From NCBI GenBank assembly GCA_965218095.1, contig OZ244587.1, positions 4,192,001 through 4,256,000 of the forward strand: DNA of 64,000 nucleotides, in the 5' to 3' direction. This document shows, piece by piece, positions 20,804-30,936 of this stretch; the stretch's first letter is position 1, and every line of letters begins with the position of its first letter. The DNA is from Candidatus Poribacteria bacterium. Lineage in GTDB: Bacteria; Poribacteria; WGA-4E; PCPOR2b. A program made the translations under genes and the position numbers. The notes beneath the pieces were generated by a model, which saw only the letters and a list, made by a program, of their open reading frames with translations, searched no databases and was not told the origin of the DNA.

Positions 20804-21757
20804 ATGGGACTCACACCGAGCCAAGTCGAGCAGTACCACGAGCAGGGCTACCTCAAGCTGGACAGCGTGCTCGATCCGGAAGAGGACCTCGGCCCGGTGA
20901 TCAGGGCCTACGAGGACGTGGTAGATGAACGGGCATACAAACTGTACGCTGAGGGGAAGCTCAGCTCACTTTACGAGGGCGAACACTTCGGGCGCCGGCT
21001 AGCCAAGATCGCTGCGGAGGCACCGGAGGCGACGAAAGACCTCGATATCTACAAGGTGCGCCACCCAAATATGTTCGCCTTTCTGTGCAATCCGAAGATT
21101 CACGACCTGATTGAGTCGTTGGTTGGCCCGGACATCCTGTGCCACCCCTGCCAGCACTTGCGAGCCACGGCACCGACCTCATTGCCAGAGATCACGCGGG
21201 TCACACCCTGGCACCAGGATGCGAGCGTGCTGTGGCCGGAGGCAGACGATCATCTGATCGTGACCACCTGGATCCCGCTCCGAGATGTTGCAATTGATGA
21301 GGGGTGCCTGGAGGTGATCCCTGGCAGTCACAAGTATGGTTTGGTCCGAGCGCTGGTGACCGGGGGCGCGCACAGCGTCGCCGAGAAGAAGCTGCCACCC
21401 GGGAAACCGCAGCCGCTGCCACTCAAGGCCGGGGGGATGATCCTCTTCCACAATTACACGCTCCACCATGCCCGCCCTAACACATCCGATAAGATACGGT
21501 GGAGCATGGATTTGCGCTGGCATGATGCGGCAAAGCCGACCGGCCGTCCTTATTTACCGGCATTCATCGTGCGCAGCAAGACGCGACCGGAGACGGAGCA
21601 GCATGACTACGAGCAGTGGAAGCGGCGCTGGGAGTATGCCCAGTCGGTGGCGAAGGGCGTACCGGCCAGCCGCTGGGCGGCTCTCGATAGAGGCCTCATT
21701 GATCCAACGGCCGACTACCTACCCCAACCAGACGAGGAGCCAGTGGGCGTACGATAG
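20804..21757 (+). CDS. PhyH-family dioxygenase
   Basis: QYHEQGYL, WHQD, GCLEVIPGSH, LHHARPN...RWSMDLR; AAGGAG before ATG 20804. Confidence 0.9.
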   Translation: MGLTPSQVEQYHEQGYLKLDSVLDPEEDLGPVIRAYEDVVDERAYKLYAEGKLSSLYEGEHFGRRLAKIAAEAPEATKDLDIYKVRHPNMFAFLCNPKIHDLIESLVGPDILCHPCQHLRATAPTSLPEITRVTPWHQDASVLWPEADDHLIVTTWIPLRDVAIDEGCLEVIPGSHKYGLVRALVTGGAHSVAEKKLPPGKPQPLPLKAGGMILFHNYTLHHARPNTSDKIRWSMDLRWHDAAKPTGRPYLPAFIVRSKTRPETEQHDYEQWKRRWEYAQSVAKGVPASRWAALDRGLIDPTADYLPQPDEEPVGVR

Positions 21758-21882
21758 GTAGTTGTCGTTGTCAGTAGTCAGTTCTCACTATTCAGTATCC
21801 AACCCAGCGAAGGATTCTGCGTCAGAAACTTCCAATGAGCGATTGATGGCAACCCGGTATTCACATAACTCTAAATGTGCCG

Positions 21883-23415
21883 CTAGTTAGACTTTTCCCT
21901 CTCGCGCTTCCATTCCACATATTCCGGCAGCGAGGTGGCGTTCTCTTTCCACTCCTCAGGGAAGGAGGGTTTCATTCCCTCCCATTGACCTGGATCAGGA
22001 GGGTTAACCGCCTCTGTCCACTGCTTCAGGTAATTAACCCGCTCCTTCTCCTCACACATAGCAGAGGAGATCTCCTCGGGATTCCAACCATCTAATACCA
22101 AGTTCTCTAATTCCTTGCACAGGTTACGGTGCTTAGCGTCACCAGCCAAGTTGCGAAATTCGCCCGGATCTTCCTCCAGATTAAATAGCTCGGGGGCTTC
22201 GCCGTAATAGAAATTGTACTTCCACGGGCCTTTACGCACCATGCGCATGGGTTTTCCAATATATAGTTCTGAGAAAACCATCCCCTCACCCTGCTTTTCT
22301 CCCTGGATCAACCCGTGAAGGCTGGAGCCTGCCAACCCCGGAGGAGGCGGTGCGCCCGTCCAGTCGCACAAGGAGGGGAATAAGTCTACAAGGCTTATAA
22401 GGTGTTCCAATCTCTTACCTTCCGGAAACCTCCCAGGGAAGGAGACGATAAAGGGAACACGGCTCGCACCCTCGTAGAAGGTGTGTTTCCACCACATACC
22501 GTGTTCACCTGCCATTTCCCCGTGATCGGAGAAATAAAGGATCAAAGTGTTCTCTTTAAGCCTATACTTTTCCAAAGATTGGAGGAGTTGTCCGATCATC
22601 CTATCGGTGAAGGTGACCAGGCCGTAGTACGCCGTTCTGCTTCGTATCACATCTTCTTTTGGTATCAATTCAAAACCCGAGTTGTGGATTCGGTTTCTGT
22701 TGAAAGGGTGTAATGATTCAGGATGATCGCCGGGCAACAGTGCATCCCCAATCTTACCCTCATACAGTTGATAATCCTCTGGTGGACAGGTAAACCAATG
22801 ATGCGGTGACATGTAAGCAACTGCAAGACAAAAAGGACGCCTATCGTGCTGTTTGGAGCGACTCTTTAGAAATTTAAGCGCTGCATCGTTAACCACCTTA
22901 TCGAATTCTTGGTATTGGCTTCCCCCGGGCCCGGAGAAGTGGGTTATTCCGAGGCGTTGGACGATGCCATCTACCAGATAGGTTTTGTCCCCTACCTTGA
23001 CCCATCTGTCGTAGGATCTGCCCCAGTACGACTCGTTGATGTCGCCCACTAGCCTGTCCTCGAAGCCGTGCAACTGGTCCGGCCCGTGCCAATGCGCCCT
23101 GCCGTCCAGAACCACCTCGTAGCCGGCAATTCCGAGCGCATGGGCGAAAGTCGGGATGTCGGAGGCCAAAGTGGACTTGTTGTCCCAACACCTTATATCG
23201 TAGGGATACCGTCCGGTAAAAAAAGACTGGCGCGACGGACCACAAACTGGATAGGAACAGTAGGCTCTCTCAAAAAGCACTCCATCCGAGGCCAACCTAT
23301 CTAGATTCGGCGTTTTAACGATAGGGTCACCGTAGCAACCCGTGATAGAGGCGTTGTGCTGGTCGGAGATAATCATTAGAATATCTGGTTTTTTATCATC
23401 TTTTGACACAGCCAT
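21883..23415 (-). CDS. Sulfatase (choline-sulfatase-like)
   Basis: ILMIISDQH, CGPSR (Cys-type FGly motif), SDHGEMAGEHG, ELFNLEEDPGE. Confidence 0.9.
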   Translation of the reverse strand: MAVSKDDKKPDILMIISDQHNASITGCYGDPIVKTPNLDRLASDGVLFERAYCSYPVCGPSRQSFFTGRYPYDIRCWDNKSTLASDIPTFAHALGIAGYEVVLDGRAHWHGPDQLHGFEDRLVGDINESYWGRSYDRWVKVGDKTYLVDGIVQRLGITHFSGPGGSQYQEFDKVVNDAALKFLKSRSKQHDRRPFCLAVAYMSPHHWFTCPPEDYQLYEGKIGDALLPGDHPESLHPFNRNRIHNSGFELIPKEDVIRSRTAYYGLVTFTDRMIGQLLQSLEKYRLKENTLILYFSDHGEMAGEHGMWWKHTFYEGASRVPFIVSFPGRFPEGKRLEHLISLVDLFPSLCDWTGAPPPPGLAGSSLHGLIQGEKQGEGMVFSELYIGKPMRMVRKGPWKYNFYYGEAPELFNLEEDPGEFRNLAGDAKHRNLCKELENLVLDGWNPEEISSAMCEEKERVNYLKQWTEAVNPPDPGQWEGMKPSFPEEWKENATSLPEYVEWKREREKSN

Positions 23416-23469
23416 TGCGAGCAGATACCCCCTATTAAAATTGAGAAACTTTGTTTTGAGCGTGGTAGA

Positions 23470-23645
23470 GTAAATAGAATTATCCTCTCCATATGCGGTT
23501 CTAACCCTAGCCCGGGAATCCCGGGTACGGTCACCCATTCGTTCACCGGGCCCGGGGTATCTTTGAAAACGACGGCGGCGAGCTTCCAGCCCTGCCAGTG
23601 GAATTCGACATGGCTGCCATTAGCGACTCCGGCCTGGAGATGCAT
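23470..23645 (-). pseudogene. Mandelate racemase/enolase family C-terminal fragment
   Basis: HLQAGVANGSHVEFH...VTVPGIPGLGLEP. Confidence 0.65.
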
Positions 23646-23647
23646 AT

Positions 23648-24823
23648 TTATGATAAAACGTGTTGCTTTAGCACCTCCAACAAGCGGTGAACTTCATCCT
23701 CACTGTTGAATGCAGCTAGGGAAATACGCATGGCTTTTGGCTCTGGCTGAAACTTGACGATAACCTGCTCCTTCATTGACTTGGCGATCAAGTCCCGTAG
23801 TTTCGGCTCATCGTAGCCTTCAAAGGCCAAGGTCACAAGGCCCGTGCCGCGGCCCGGTTCAGTCGGTGAAACGATCCGCACCCCGGGCCAGTCTCCTACT
23901 TCCCTGAACAGGATACCCACCAACCGTGCGGCATGAGCCTCAATCCGGTCCAGCCCCAAACCGTTAACGATCTCCAGCGTCCGATTCATGCCGATGCGTA
24001 TGGCTAAATCGCTCGTTCCCTGCTCCACTCTTGTTTCCGCCGTGATGGGTGGGTGTGGATCTTCAGGCTTAAGCCAGGGATGATAATCGGGGATAAAGTC
24101 AGGTCGGAAATCGAAAATTCGTTCAGAAGAAACATACATAAAACCCAGTCCCTTAGTTCCCAAAAGCCACTTATGACAGGATCCTATGAAGAAATCACAG
24201 TTCAAGGCTGATACGTCAATTGGGTATTGTCCGACGGACTGAGCGCCATCCACCATCACGGGCACACCACGGGTATGGGCAATAGAAGTTGCCTCAGCTA
24301 TGGGTAGGCGACGTCCGTCCATGGTGGAGACTTGACTCAGACACACAAGACGGGTCCGATCTGTCAAAGTTTTAGAAAGGGCGGTCAGAAGCGCATCATC
24401 TCCATCTTCGGCAGGTATAATATTGACGTGGACGCCGTAGTGCTTCTCCAGGACCTGGCAAGCCCCCTGAGTACTTACGTGCTCCACCGAGGAGACAATA
24501 AACTCGTCACTAGGCTGCCAGCGAATACCGTGAAAAACTTTGTGCATCGCCTGGGATGTGTTTGGCGTCCAAGCTAATTCCTCAACTTTGATATTGAGGA
24601 AATGGGCCAATTTCCCCTTAGCTGAACTCAATTGCTCATTCAACACTTCACGCGCTTGGGGCACAGAAAGCCCGTTATGGTTGAGAAACAACAGTGTATC
24701 ATAAAACCTCTTTGTTACCGAATCGGGAGTAGGGCCGTGACTTCCGGTTTGAAAATAGGCCACTTTTTCGGTTAGGGGCAGCTCTCTCCGCAACTGCTCA
24801 AAGGTCATTGTGTTTGGACTCAC
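23648..24823 (-). CDS. Class V PLP aminotransferase (cysteine desulfurase / isopenicillin-N epimerase-like)
   Basis: YFQTGSHGP, NTS, EH, VDGAQSVG, SCHKWLLG, RISLAAFN; GTG start after GAGGGAG. Confidence 0.88.
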   Translation of the reverse strand: MSPNTMTFEQLRRELPLTEKVAYFQTGSHGPTPDSVTKRFYDTLLFLNHNGLSVPQAREVLNEQLSSAKGKLAHFLNIKVEELAWTPNTSQAMHKVFHGIRWQPSDEFIVSSVEHVSTQGACQVLEKHYGVHVNIIPAEDGDDALLTALSKTLTDRTRLVCLSQVSTMDGRRLPIAEATSIAHTRGVPVMVDGAQSVGQYPIDVSALNCDFFIGSCHKWLLGTKGLGFMYVSSERIFDFRPDFIPDYHPWLKPEDPHPPITAETRVEQGTSDLAIRIGMNRTLEIVNGLGLDRIEAHAARLVGILFREVGDWPGVRIVSPTEPGRGTGLVTLAFEGYDEPKLRDLIAKSMKEQVIVKFQPEPKAMRISLAAFNSEDEVHRLLEVLKQHVLS

Positions 24824-24975
24824 GTAGTTATCTCCCTCGAATGAAATCTTATACTCAGTCTGAATCAACCGGCTGCTAATACGAAGACGGTATTGGCTAT
24901 CACTGATCCTTGGAAAGCGGTTATCCACCTGGTGGCCGGATGCACAGCAATCGGGTGGAAGATCGTTCCAGCAAT

Positions 24976-25179
24976 TCAAAAATTGTCTGCTCTATCATTT
25001 TTCTTCCTCCGCCGCATCCGCTTCTTTGTGCGGTCTAACAGCTTGGGTAAATCATTCATGACACACTGGCGAACGACATCCGCCCGTGAACATTCCAACA
25101 CCTCCGATGCTGCGTCTAAACGTCTGATGTCTGTGGGCTTGAACGGGACAGATATTTGATGCGTATATCGTGCCTTCAT
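24976..25179 (-). CDS. CopG/ribbon-helix-helix DNA-binding protein
   Basis: QISVPF...RRLDAASEVLECSRADVVR pattern; GGGAG RBS and upstream promoter. Confidence 0.65.
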   Translation of the reverse strand: MKARYTHQISVPFKPTDIRRLDAASEVLECSRADVVRQCVMNDLPKLLDRTKKRMRRRKKNDRADNF

Positions 25180-25236
25180 AAACGGTGGCTCTCCCTTTCA
25201 TATAAGGTTTTGAGTCTCTCAATTTCCAATCCCTCA

Positions 25237-25265
25237 ATGATAACACTTCTGCCTAAAAAAGTCAA
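25237..25265 (-). promoter_or_regulatory. Sigma70 promoter for the RHH gene
   Basis: Minus strand TTGACT-17 nt-TATCAT. Confidence 0.55.
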
Positions 25266-25289
25266 TGGAAAAGTATCATAATTTAACCG

Positions 25290-25319
25290 TTGACAACACC
25301 CTTTCCTGTCGTGTATAAT
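25290..25319 (+). promoter_or_regulatory. Sigma70 promoter for the hsd operon
   Basis: TTGACA-18 nt-TATAAT. Confidence 0.7.
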
Positions 25320-25457
25320 ACCACAAATCAGGATTTGCAAGGTTGTTTATTTTCATGTCTGCCGCGCTGGTCGCGGCTCAAACGTGTGTGAATTTACACG
25401 CCAAATCATACGACCTTCCCAGCAAAGATCGAGGTTGCTGCGATCGGAGGTGACAAT

Positions 25458-27020
25458 TTGAGTACAATCCAGAATGACATCGAAAATCGCCTGTGGGCGA
25501 TGGCAGATGAACTGAGAGCAAACTCACGGCTCAGGGCGTCTGAGTATTCAACGCCGGTGTTGGGGCTTATCTTCCTGCGATATGCCGATCAGCGGTTCAC
25601 TCAGGCGGAGCAGGAAATCAGCGGAACGGTATCCAGTAGAAGGCGGAGCAGCGGCGCAGACAAGATAGAATATCAAGCGCGCGGTGTATTCTACCTTCCA
25701 GAGGAAGCACGATTTCAGCACCTGTTAAATCTGCCGGAGCATGAAAACATCGGTCAAGCTATCAACGATGCGATGAAGGCGGTTGAGGCAGAAAACAGAC
25801 AACTTGATGGCGTCCTGCCCAAGACCTACAACCGACTCGAAAAGAATACCCTCATCGAACTCCTCCGCCTCATGGAACAGATTCAGATGAACATCGAAGG
25901 CGATGCGTTTGGGAAAGTCTACGAGTATTTCTTGGGTAACTTTGCCATGACCGAAGGGCAACGGGGCGGCGAGTTCTTCACACCGACCTCGCTCGTTAAG
26001 CTGATCGTCGAGATTCTCCAACCGTTTCAAGGACGGATTCTTGACCCCGCGTGCGGTTCCGGCGGTATGTTTGTCCAAAGCGCTGAGTTTATCCATAACC
26101 ACCAGAAGAATGGGAACAGTCAGATCAGCATTTACGGAACTGAGCGGGTCGCGGAGACCATCAGGCTGTGCAAGATGAACCTCGCCGTGCATGGACTCGA
26201 AGGCGATATACGGCAAGCCAACAGCTACTATGAAGACCCCCATCGGTGCGTCGGGCGATTCGACTTTGTGATGGCAAATCCGCCCTTCAACGTCGACCGG
26301 GTAGATAGGGAACGCATCAAAGATGCCCCACGATTCCCGTTCGGTATGCCCCGCGTGGATAACGCCAACTATCTTTGGATTGAATTGTTCTACAGTTCCC
26401 TTTCCGAGTTGGGACGAGCAGGCTTTGTGATGGCGAACTCCGCCGCCGATGCCCGCGCCTCTGAATTGGAAATCCGCAGACAGATTATCGAATCCCGGGC
26501 AGTTGATGTGATGGTCAGCATCGGGTCAAACTTCTTTTACACCGTCACACTGCCCTGCACCCTCTGGTTCTTCGACAAGTCGAAACGTCAGAGCGAACGG
26601 GCGGATCAGGTACTCTTCATTGATGCCCGTCATATTTACCAGCAGGTCAGTCGGGCGCATCGGGAGTTTACACCGCAGCAGATTGAGTTCTTGTCAAACA
26701 TTGCAAGACTGTATCGGGACGAAACCCCCGAAAACCAGCACGATAGCGCGGACTTCATGGCGACGAAATTCCCCGATGGAAAATACATTGATGTGCCCGG
26801 TCTCTGCAAAGTGGCAACAATTGCGGAAATCGAAGCGCAAGGGTGGAGTCTCAATCCGGGTCGGTATGTCGGGGTCGCGGATCGGGAGGCGGATGCGTTT
26901 GACTTTTCGGACCGTCTGGAAGGGCTCAACGAGGAGTTAGAAGTTCTGAACGCCGAGGCGCATCAGTTGGAGGAACAGATTTCCGAGAATGTGGTGAGAA
27001 TTTTGGAGGAGGCGGTGTAA
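25458..27020 (+). CDS. hsdM: Type I R-M N6-adenine methyltransferase subunit
   Basis: [37 protein letters not shown]. Confidence 0.95.
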   Translation: MSTIQNDIENRLWAMADELRANSRLRASEYSTPVLGLIFLRYADQRFTQAEQEISGTVSSRRRSSGADKIEYQARGVFYLPEEARFQHLLNLPEHENIGQAINDAMKAVEAENRQLDGVLPKTYNRLEKNTLIELLRLMEQIQMNIEGDAFGKVYEYFLGNFAMTEGQRGGEFFTPTSLVKLIVEILQPFQGRILDPACGSGGMFVQSAEFIHNHQKNGNSQISIYGTERVAETIRLCKMNLAVHGLEGDIRQANSYYEDPHRCVGRFDFVMANPPFNVDRVDRERIKDAPRFPFGMPRVDNANYLWIELFYSSLSELGRAGFVMANSAADARASELEIRRQIIESRAVDVMVSIGSNFFYTVTLPCTLWFFDKSKRQSERADQVLFIDARHIYQQVSRAHREFTPQQIEFLSNIARLYRDETPENQHDSADFMATKFPDGKYIDVPGLCKVATIAEIEAQGWSLNPGRYVGVADREADAFDFSDRLEGLNEELEVLNAEAHQLEEQISENVVRILEEAV

Positions 27021-27090
27021 ATTGTCTGAATCAGGATTATCAGGCTTCTTAGTCCCGATGCTTCATCGGGGACGGAAGGATTTTCAGGAT
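27021..27090 (+). repeat. Left arm of the GxxExxY-associated repeat, containing a 26-bp palindromic insertion (27045-27070)
   Basis: Matches 27501-27543 except for the inserted CTTCTTAGTCCCGATGCTTCATCGGG. Confidence 0.8.
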
Positions 27091-27490
27091 GATAGATGAT
27101 AAATTGACGTATCAAATTATCGGTTGCGCGATAGAGGTGCATAGGACACTTGGGAATGGCTTTCAGGAGGTGATTTATCAGAGGTGTCTTGCTCTTGAGT
27201 TGGAAAGGGTGGGACTCAGTTTTGGTCGGGAGGTGGAGCAGCCTATTTTTTATCGGGGCGTTGAAGTGGGAACTAGACGCGCCGATTTTATTGTAGCCAA
27301 TCAAGTCGTTGTTGAATTAAAAGCCTTGACTGCCCTTGAGGACGTTCATATCGCACAAGCTAAAAACTATCTGGTGGCTTACGACTTTGAAATCGGTCTG
27401 TTGATCAATTTCGGGGCAAGCAGTTTGGAATACAAGCGCATATTCAACGATAAAAAGAATCCCGTAAATCCCGGTGCAAATAGGAAGTAG
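27089..27490 (+). CDS. GxxExxY protein (PD-(D/E)xK-like)
   Basis: IIGCAIEVHRTLGNGFQEVIY, RRADFIV..VVVELK, GLLINFG. Confidence 0.93.
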   Translation: MIDDKLTYQIIGCAIEVHRTLGNGFQEVIYQRCLALELERVGLSFGREVEQPIFYRGVEVGTRRADFIVANQVVVELKALTALEDVHIAQAKNYLVAYDFEIGLLINFGASSLEYKRIFNDKKNPVNPGANRK

Positions 27491-27492
27491 CA

Positions 27493-27717
27493 CGGAGTCA
27501 ATTGTCAGAATCAGGATTCTCAGGATGGAAGGATTTTCAGGATAGTGAATGTCAACGGATAGAGTTAATCCTGTAAATCCTAAAATCCAGTAAATCCAGA
27601 TTCAGACAGAATGCGGAGTCAATTGTCAGAATCAGGATTCTCAGGATAACAAATGCCAACGGATAGAATCAATCCTGTAAATCCTAAAATCCAGTAAATC
27701 CAGATTCAGACAGAATG
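27493..27717. repeat. Two tandem hairpin units (121 bp and 104 bp)
   Basis: Each starts CGGAGTCAATTGTCAGAATCAGGATT and ends AATCCAGATTCAGACAGAATG; internal 9-bp periodicity. Confidence 0.9.
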
Positions 27718-27742
27718 CGGCGATAATTTTGGAGGACACGGT

Positions 27743-28984
27743 GTGATTGACAGATTACCTTATGGGTGGGAGATTGTTCAGATTGGACAAGTCGCTGATT
27801 TCATAAATGGTTATTCCCAATTCAATAGTAAATCATATGTTGATAATGGAATTCCGATATTTCGCATTGGAGATCTTGGCGGGCAAGTTGATCTGTCAGG
27901 TGTAAAACGTGTTTCCAAGGACGTTGTGCCAAATCTTAATCAAAAACGCCTTTTTCGAGGAGACATACTGATAGCAAAAATTGGAAAAAGAGTGGGTGCG
28001 TCTTCGGTTTACAATTTCGATGAGCCAGCAATTCTAAGTTCACAAGTAGCAGGAGTCCGGGCCAAAAGAATTGAACAGAAATTTTTAGCCTGTTTTATTG
28101 AGTCGCCCTTCTTTTACGATGCAATCAAGCCTCATTTCTTTGGTTCGACAAGAGACAATATCAGCCCAAACCAAATTAGATTGACCTCAATTCCGTTTCC
28201 CCCTCTCCCCACCCAACGCAAAATTGCCGCAGTCCTCAGTCCCTACGACGACCTGATCGAGAACAACACCCGCCGCATCAAAATCCTTGAGGAGATGGCG
28301 GGTACAATCTACCGACAATGGTTTGTCGAATTCCGCTTTCCGGGACATGAGAAGGTGCCGATGGTAGAGTCGGAGTTGGGGTTGATACCGCAGGGGTGGG
28401 AGGTAGGAAAACTCGGAGATTTGGCTGAATCCGTCAGGCGAAATATCAAGCCAAGTGATATGAATCAGGAAACACCCTATTTCGGTCTAGAACATCTACC
28501 TCGAAAATCAATTGCCCTTTCAAATTGGGACTCTGTGGATTCAATTAACAGCACAAAGTTGGCATTCAAAAAAGGTGAGATTCTTTTCGGTAAGATTCGT
28601 CCCTATTTTCATAAAGTTGGTGTTGCCCCATTAGACGGCATTTGTTCATCAGACACAATCGTGATACGCCCCAAAAGAAACGAATGCTTTGCAATAACCC
28701 TTTCCTACGTTTCCAGTGAGCACTTTATTGAGTATGCAACGACAACCTCACAAGGTACGAAGATGCCAAGAGCCGATTGGAAAGTGCTAGTTAAATATCC
28801 GGTTGTAATCCCACCAGACCAAATCACCCAACGTTTCAGTGGTTTCCTTCGAGATGTAATTGACAAAATCCAGAATCTAATTTTTCGGAACAGAAACCTC
28901 CGCCAAACCCGCGATCTTCTTCTCCCCAAACTGATCTCCGGCAAGATTGACGTATCCGACCTCGATATTGACATCAATTTATGA
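27743..28984 (+). CDS. hsdS: Type I R-M specificity subunit
   Basis: LPYGW, PPLPTQRKIAAVL..YDDLIENN, IPQGW, LRQTRDLLLPKLISG; two TRDs. Confidence 0.93.
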   Translation: MIDRLPYGWEIVQIGQVADFINGYSQFNSKSYVDNGIPIFRIGDLGGQVDLSGVKRVSKDVVPNLNQKRLFRGDILIAKIGKRVGASSVYNFDEPAILSSQVAGVRAKRIEQKFLACFIESPFFYDAIKPHFFGSTRDNISPNQIRLTSIPFPPLPTQRKIAAVLSPYDDLIENNTRRIKILEEMAGTIYRQWFVEFRFPGHEKVPMVESELGLIPQGWEVGKLGDLAESVRRNIKPSDMNQETPYFGLEHLPRKSIALSNWDSVDSINSTKLAFKKGEILFGKIRPYFHKVGVAPLDGICSSDTIVIRPKRNECFAITLSYVSSEHFIEYATTTSQGTKMPRADWKVLVKYPVVIPPDQITQRFSGFLRDVIDKIQNLIFRNRNLRQTRDLLLPKLISGKIDVSDLDIDINL

Positions 28985-29046
28985 TACAAACATTTTGTTG
29001 TCTCGTATCGGTTGGAGAGGTATCTTCTATTATTAGGACTACAAAC

Positions 29047-30801
29047 ATGAATCGACAAGACCGAATACGAACTGGGAATTGGGACATATTTCGCGTCCTT
29101 ACAGCGACTCAGGTTGGTTATCCAGATTCAGAAGAACATCTAACGCAAATTCTACGCTCATTCAATTACAGGGACATTTTGATAATCCTAGCAAGAATCA
29201 ACCTTCTTCTCCAGCGCAGGGATCCCTCCGAGACAGAGGAGATTCTTCGGAAAAATTTCTGTGCGCCAGTTTTGCTGAATGCGATCAACCTTTCTAGAGA
29301 ACTGAAGGGAAATATCATCTTCAATAGGGAGTCAACTCTTCACTTGTTGCACAAAAGTGCTAGCATTTCTGACCCACGTTCCAACCGCGTTCCGGATGCT
29401 ACAGCCAATGCGATGTACGAGTTAGCGAAATGCTATCTAATCGCTAACGAGCTCATTGGCACGCACACCCCTGATTTCGGAAGGAATTTAACGGAGGAAC
29501 AAAGGAAAGAATTATTGGCTGCATTGATTCCGGCTTCGGAGTACGCTATAAATCCGTCCCCTTGGCCTCACATTAAGAATACACTGGTTCGGTCTAAGGA
29601 ATTCTTGGCACGTCTTCAGGATGCAGCCTTGACATTCGACCTAAGCGAAACTTTTTCTCAGGCGACTGGCTTGACCCTACAGGAGTACCAATATCTCATT
29701 TTTAGCATATTGAGTGTATCCTCGAACTTTTCGCCAGAGGAAATTTTGGAAGGAAAAGTGTTATTCGTTGATACAAAGCCATCTCCAGCCCTTACACTGT
29801 TGTACGATAAATTGCTCCAACATGCCTGCATTTCAATTGACGAACTCGCGGCTCAAGCGAAAGCAATACCTTCCTTGTCCAACGAATTCCGTTTATGGCG
29901 CAAGTATCCGCTTGTAAAAATAGACGAAAATCATATTATGTGCATTGACATCGGTTTCCTCTTGGAAAAACTTGAAACTGGGGTGTTTTGGATTATCCGT
30001 GACAAACTGGAAAAAGCGAAAACCGGCAAAGGTGAAGAAATTATTGGTTTACGGGGACAGGTTTTTGAGGATTATGCCGCGTCGATAATTAGGCGTGTAA
30101 TCAATGCTCAAACGCCATCTAATATGGAGGGTTACATTATTGGACCAAAATACGATCGGAACAGGGGGGAGTGCACCGATATTGCAGTCTGTGGTGACGA
30201 TGCCCTCATCCTATTAGAGTGCAAAGCCCCCCTCTTATCTGCCAAAACTAAGTTTAGCGGTGATTTTCGCAAATTTTATAATGAACTCAAGGATAAAATC
30301 ATTGAGGGAAAAGACACAAAGAGAAGAAAAGGCATAAAGCAGTTGTGGAATGCGATTCAAACTTTGGGCCACACCAACAAAAAGAAAAGAGGTAAGGTTG
30401 AAGGAATAGATATTTCCAAAGTAAAAAAAATCTACCCTGTTCTGATTCTTTCTGATCGCGTCTTCTCTTTTCCGTTGATGAACAGGTTTTTGGATTCTGA
30501 ATTCCAACGCTTTGTGAAGCACAGTAACCTGAAAAAACATTTGGAAATTATGCCCCTGACAGTGTTAACGATAGCAGATCTTGAATCCCTAGAACCGTAT
30601 CTTAGTGATACACCGCTCCATGTTCACTTGTACCAATGGATGACACAGATCTTTTTAGATAACAAGTCTTACCCATTCAGCCAGTATTTACGTTTGTTGA
30701 GGAAGAGGGAAGTACGTCAAAACAGATACATGGAGCAGGAAATTAAGCGGATGCATGCTGACATGGAGGAGTGTTTTTCCTCATGGGGTATTGTTGATTG
30801 A
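29047..30801 (+). CDS. Hypothetical protein with putative C-terminal PD-(D/E)xK/NERD-like nuclease
   Basis: GQVFEDY...ECTDIAV..DALILLECK; sits inside the hsd operon; AT-richer than its flanks. Confidence 0.7.
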   Translation: MNRQDRIRTGNWDIFRVLTATQVGYPDSEEHLTQILRSFNYRDILIILARINLLLQRRDPSETEEILRKNFCAPVLLNAINLSRELKGNIIFNRESTLHLLHKSASISDPRSNRVPDATANAMYELAKCYLIANELIGTHTPDFGRNLTEEQRKELLAALIPASEYAINPSPWPHIKNTLVRSKEFLARLQDAALTFDLSETFSQATGLTLQEYQYLIFSILSVSSNFSPEEILEGKVLFVDTKPSPALTLLYDKLLQHACISIDELAAQAKAIPSLSNEFRLWRKYPLVKIDENHIMCIDIGFLLEKLETGVFWIIRDKLEKAKTGKGEEIIGLRGQVFEDYAASIIRRVINAQTPSNMEGYIIGPKYDRNRGECTDIAVCGDDALILLECKAPLLSAKTKFSGDFRKFYNELKDKIIEGKDTKRRKGIKQLWNAIQTLGHTNKKKRGKVEGIDISKVKKIYPVLILSDRVFSFPLMNRFLDSEFQRFVKHSNLKKHLEIMPLTVLTIADLESLEPYLSDTPLHVHLYQWMTQIFLDNKSYPFSQYLRLLRKREVRQNRYMEQEIKRMHADMEECFSSWGIVD

Positions 30802-30936
30802 TAAATCTATAAACTGCAAACCGAAATAAACAAACGATGAGCGAAAATCCGATGATTGGAGGATGAGGCACAGCGAAAATATCCCTCGTCGGGCGTGGAA
30901 CGACTCAGAAAAATAAAAGTTGATAGCTGGTGAATC

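Noticed and set aside
27493-27717. Tandem repeats as a CRISPR array
   Set aside because: Units exceed 100 bp, have no unique spacers, and no cas genes are present.
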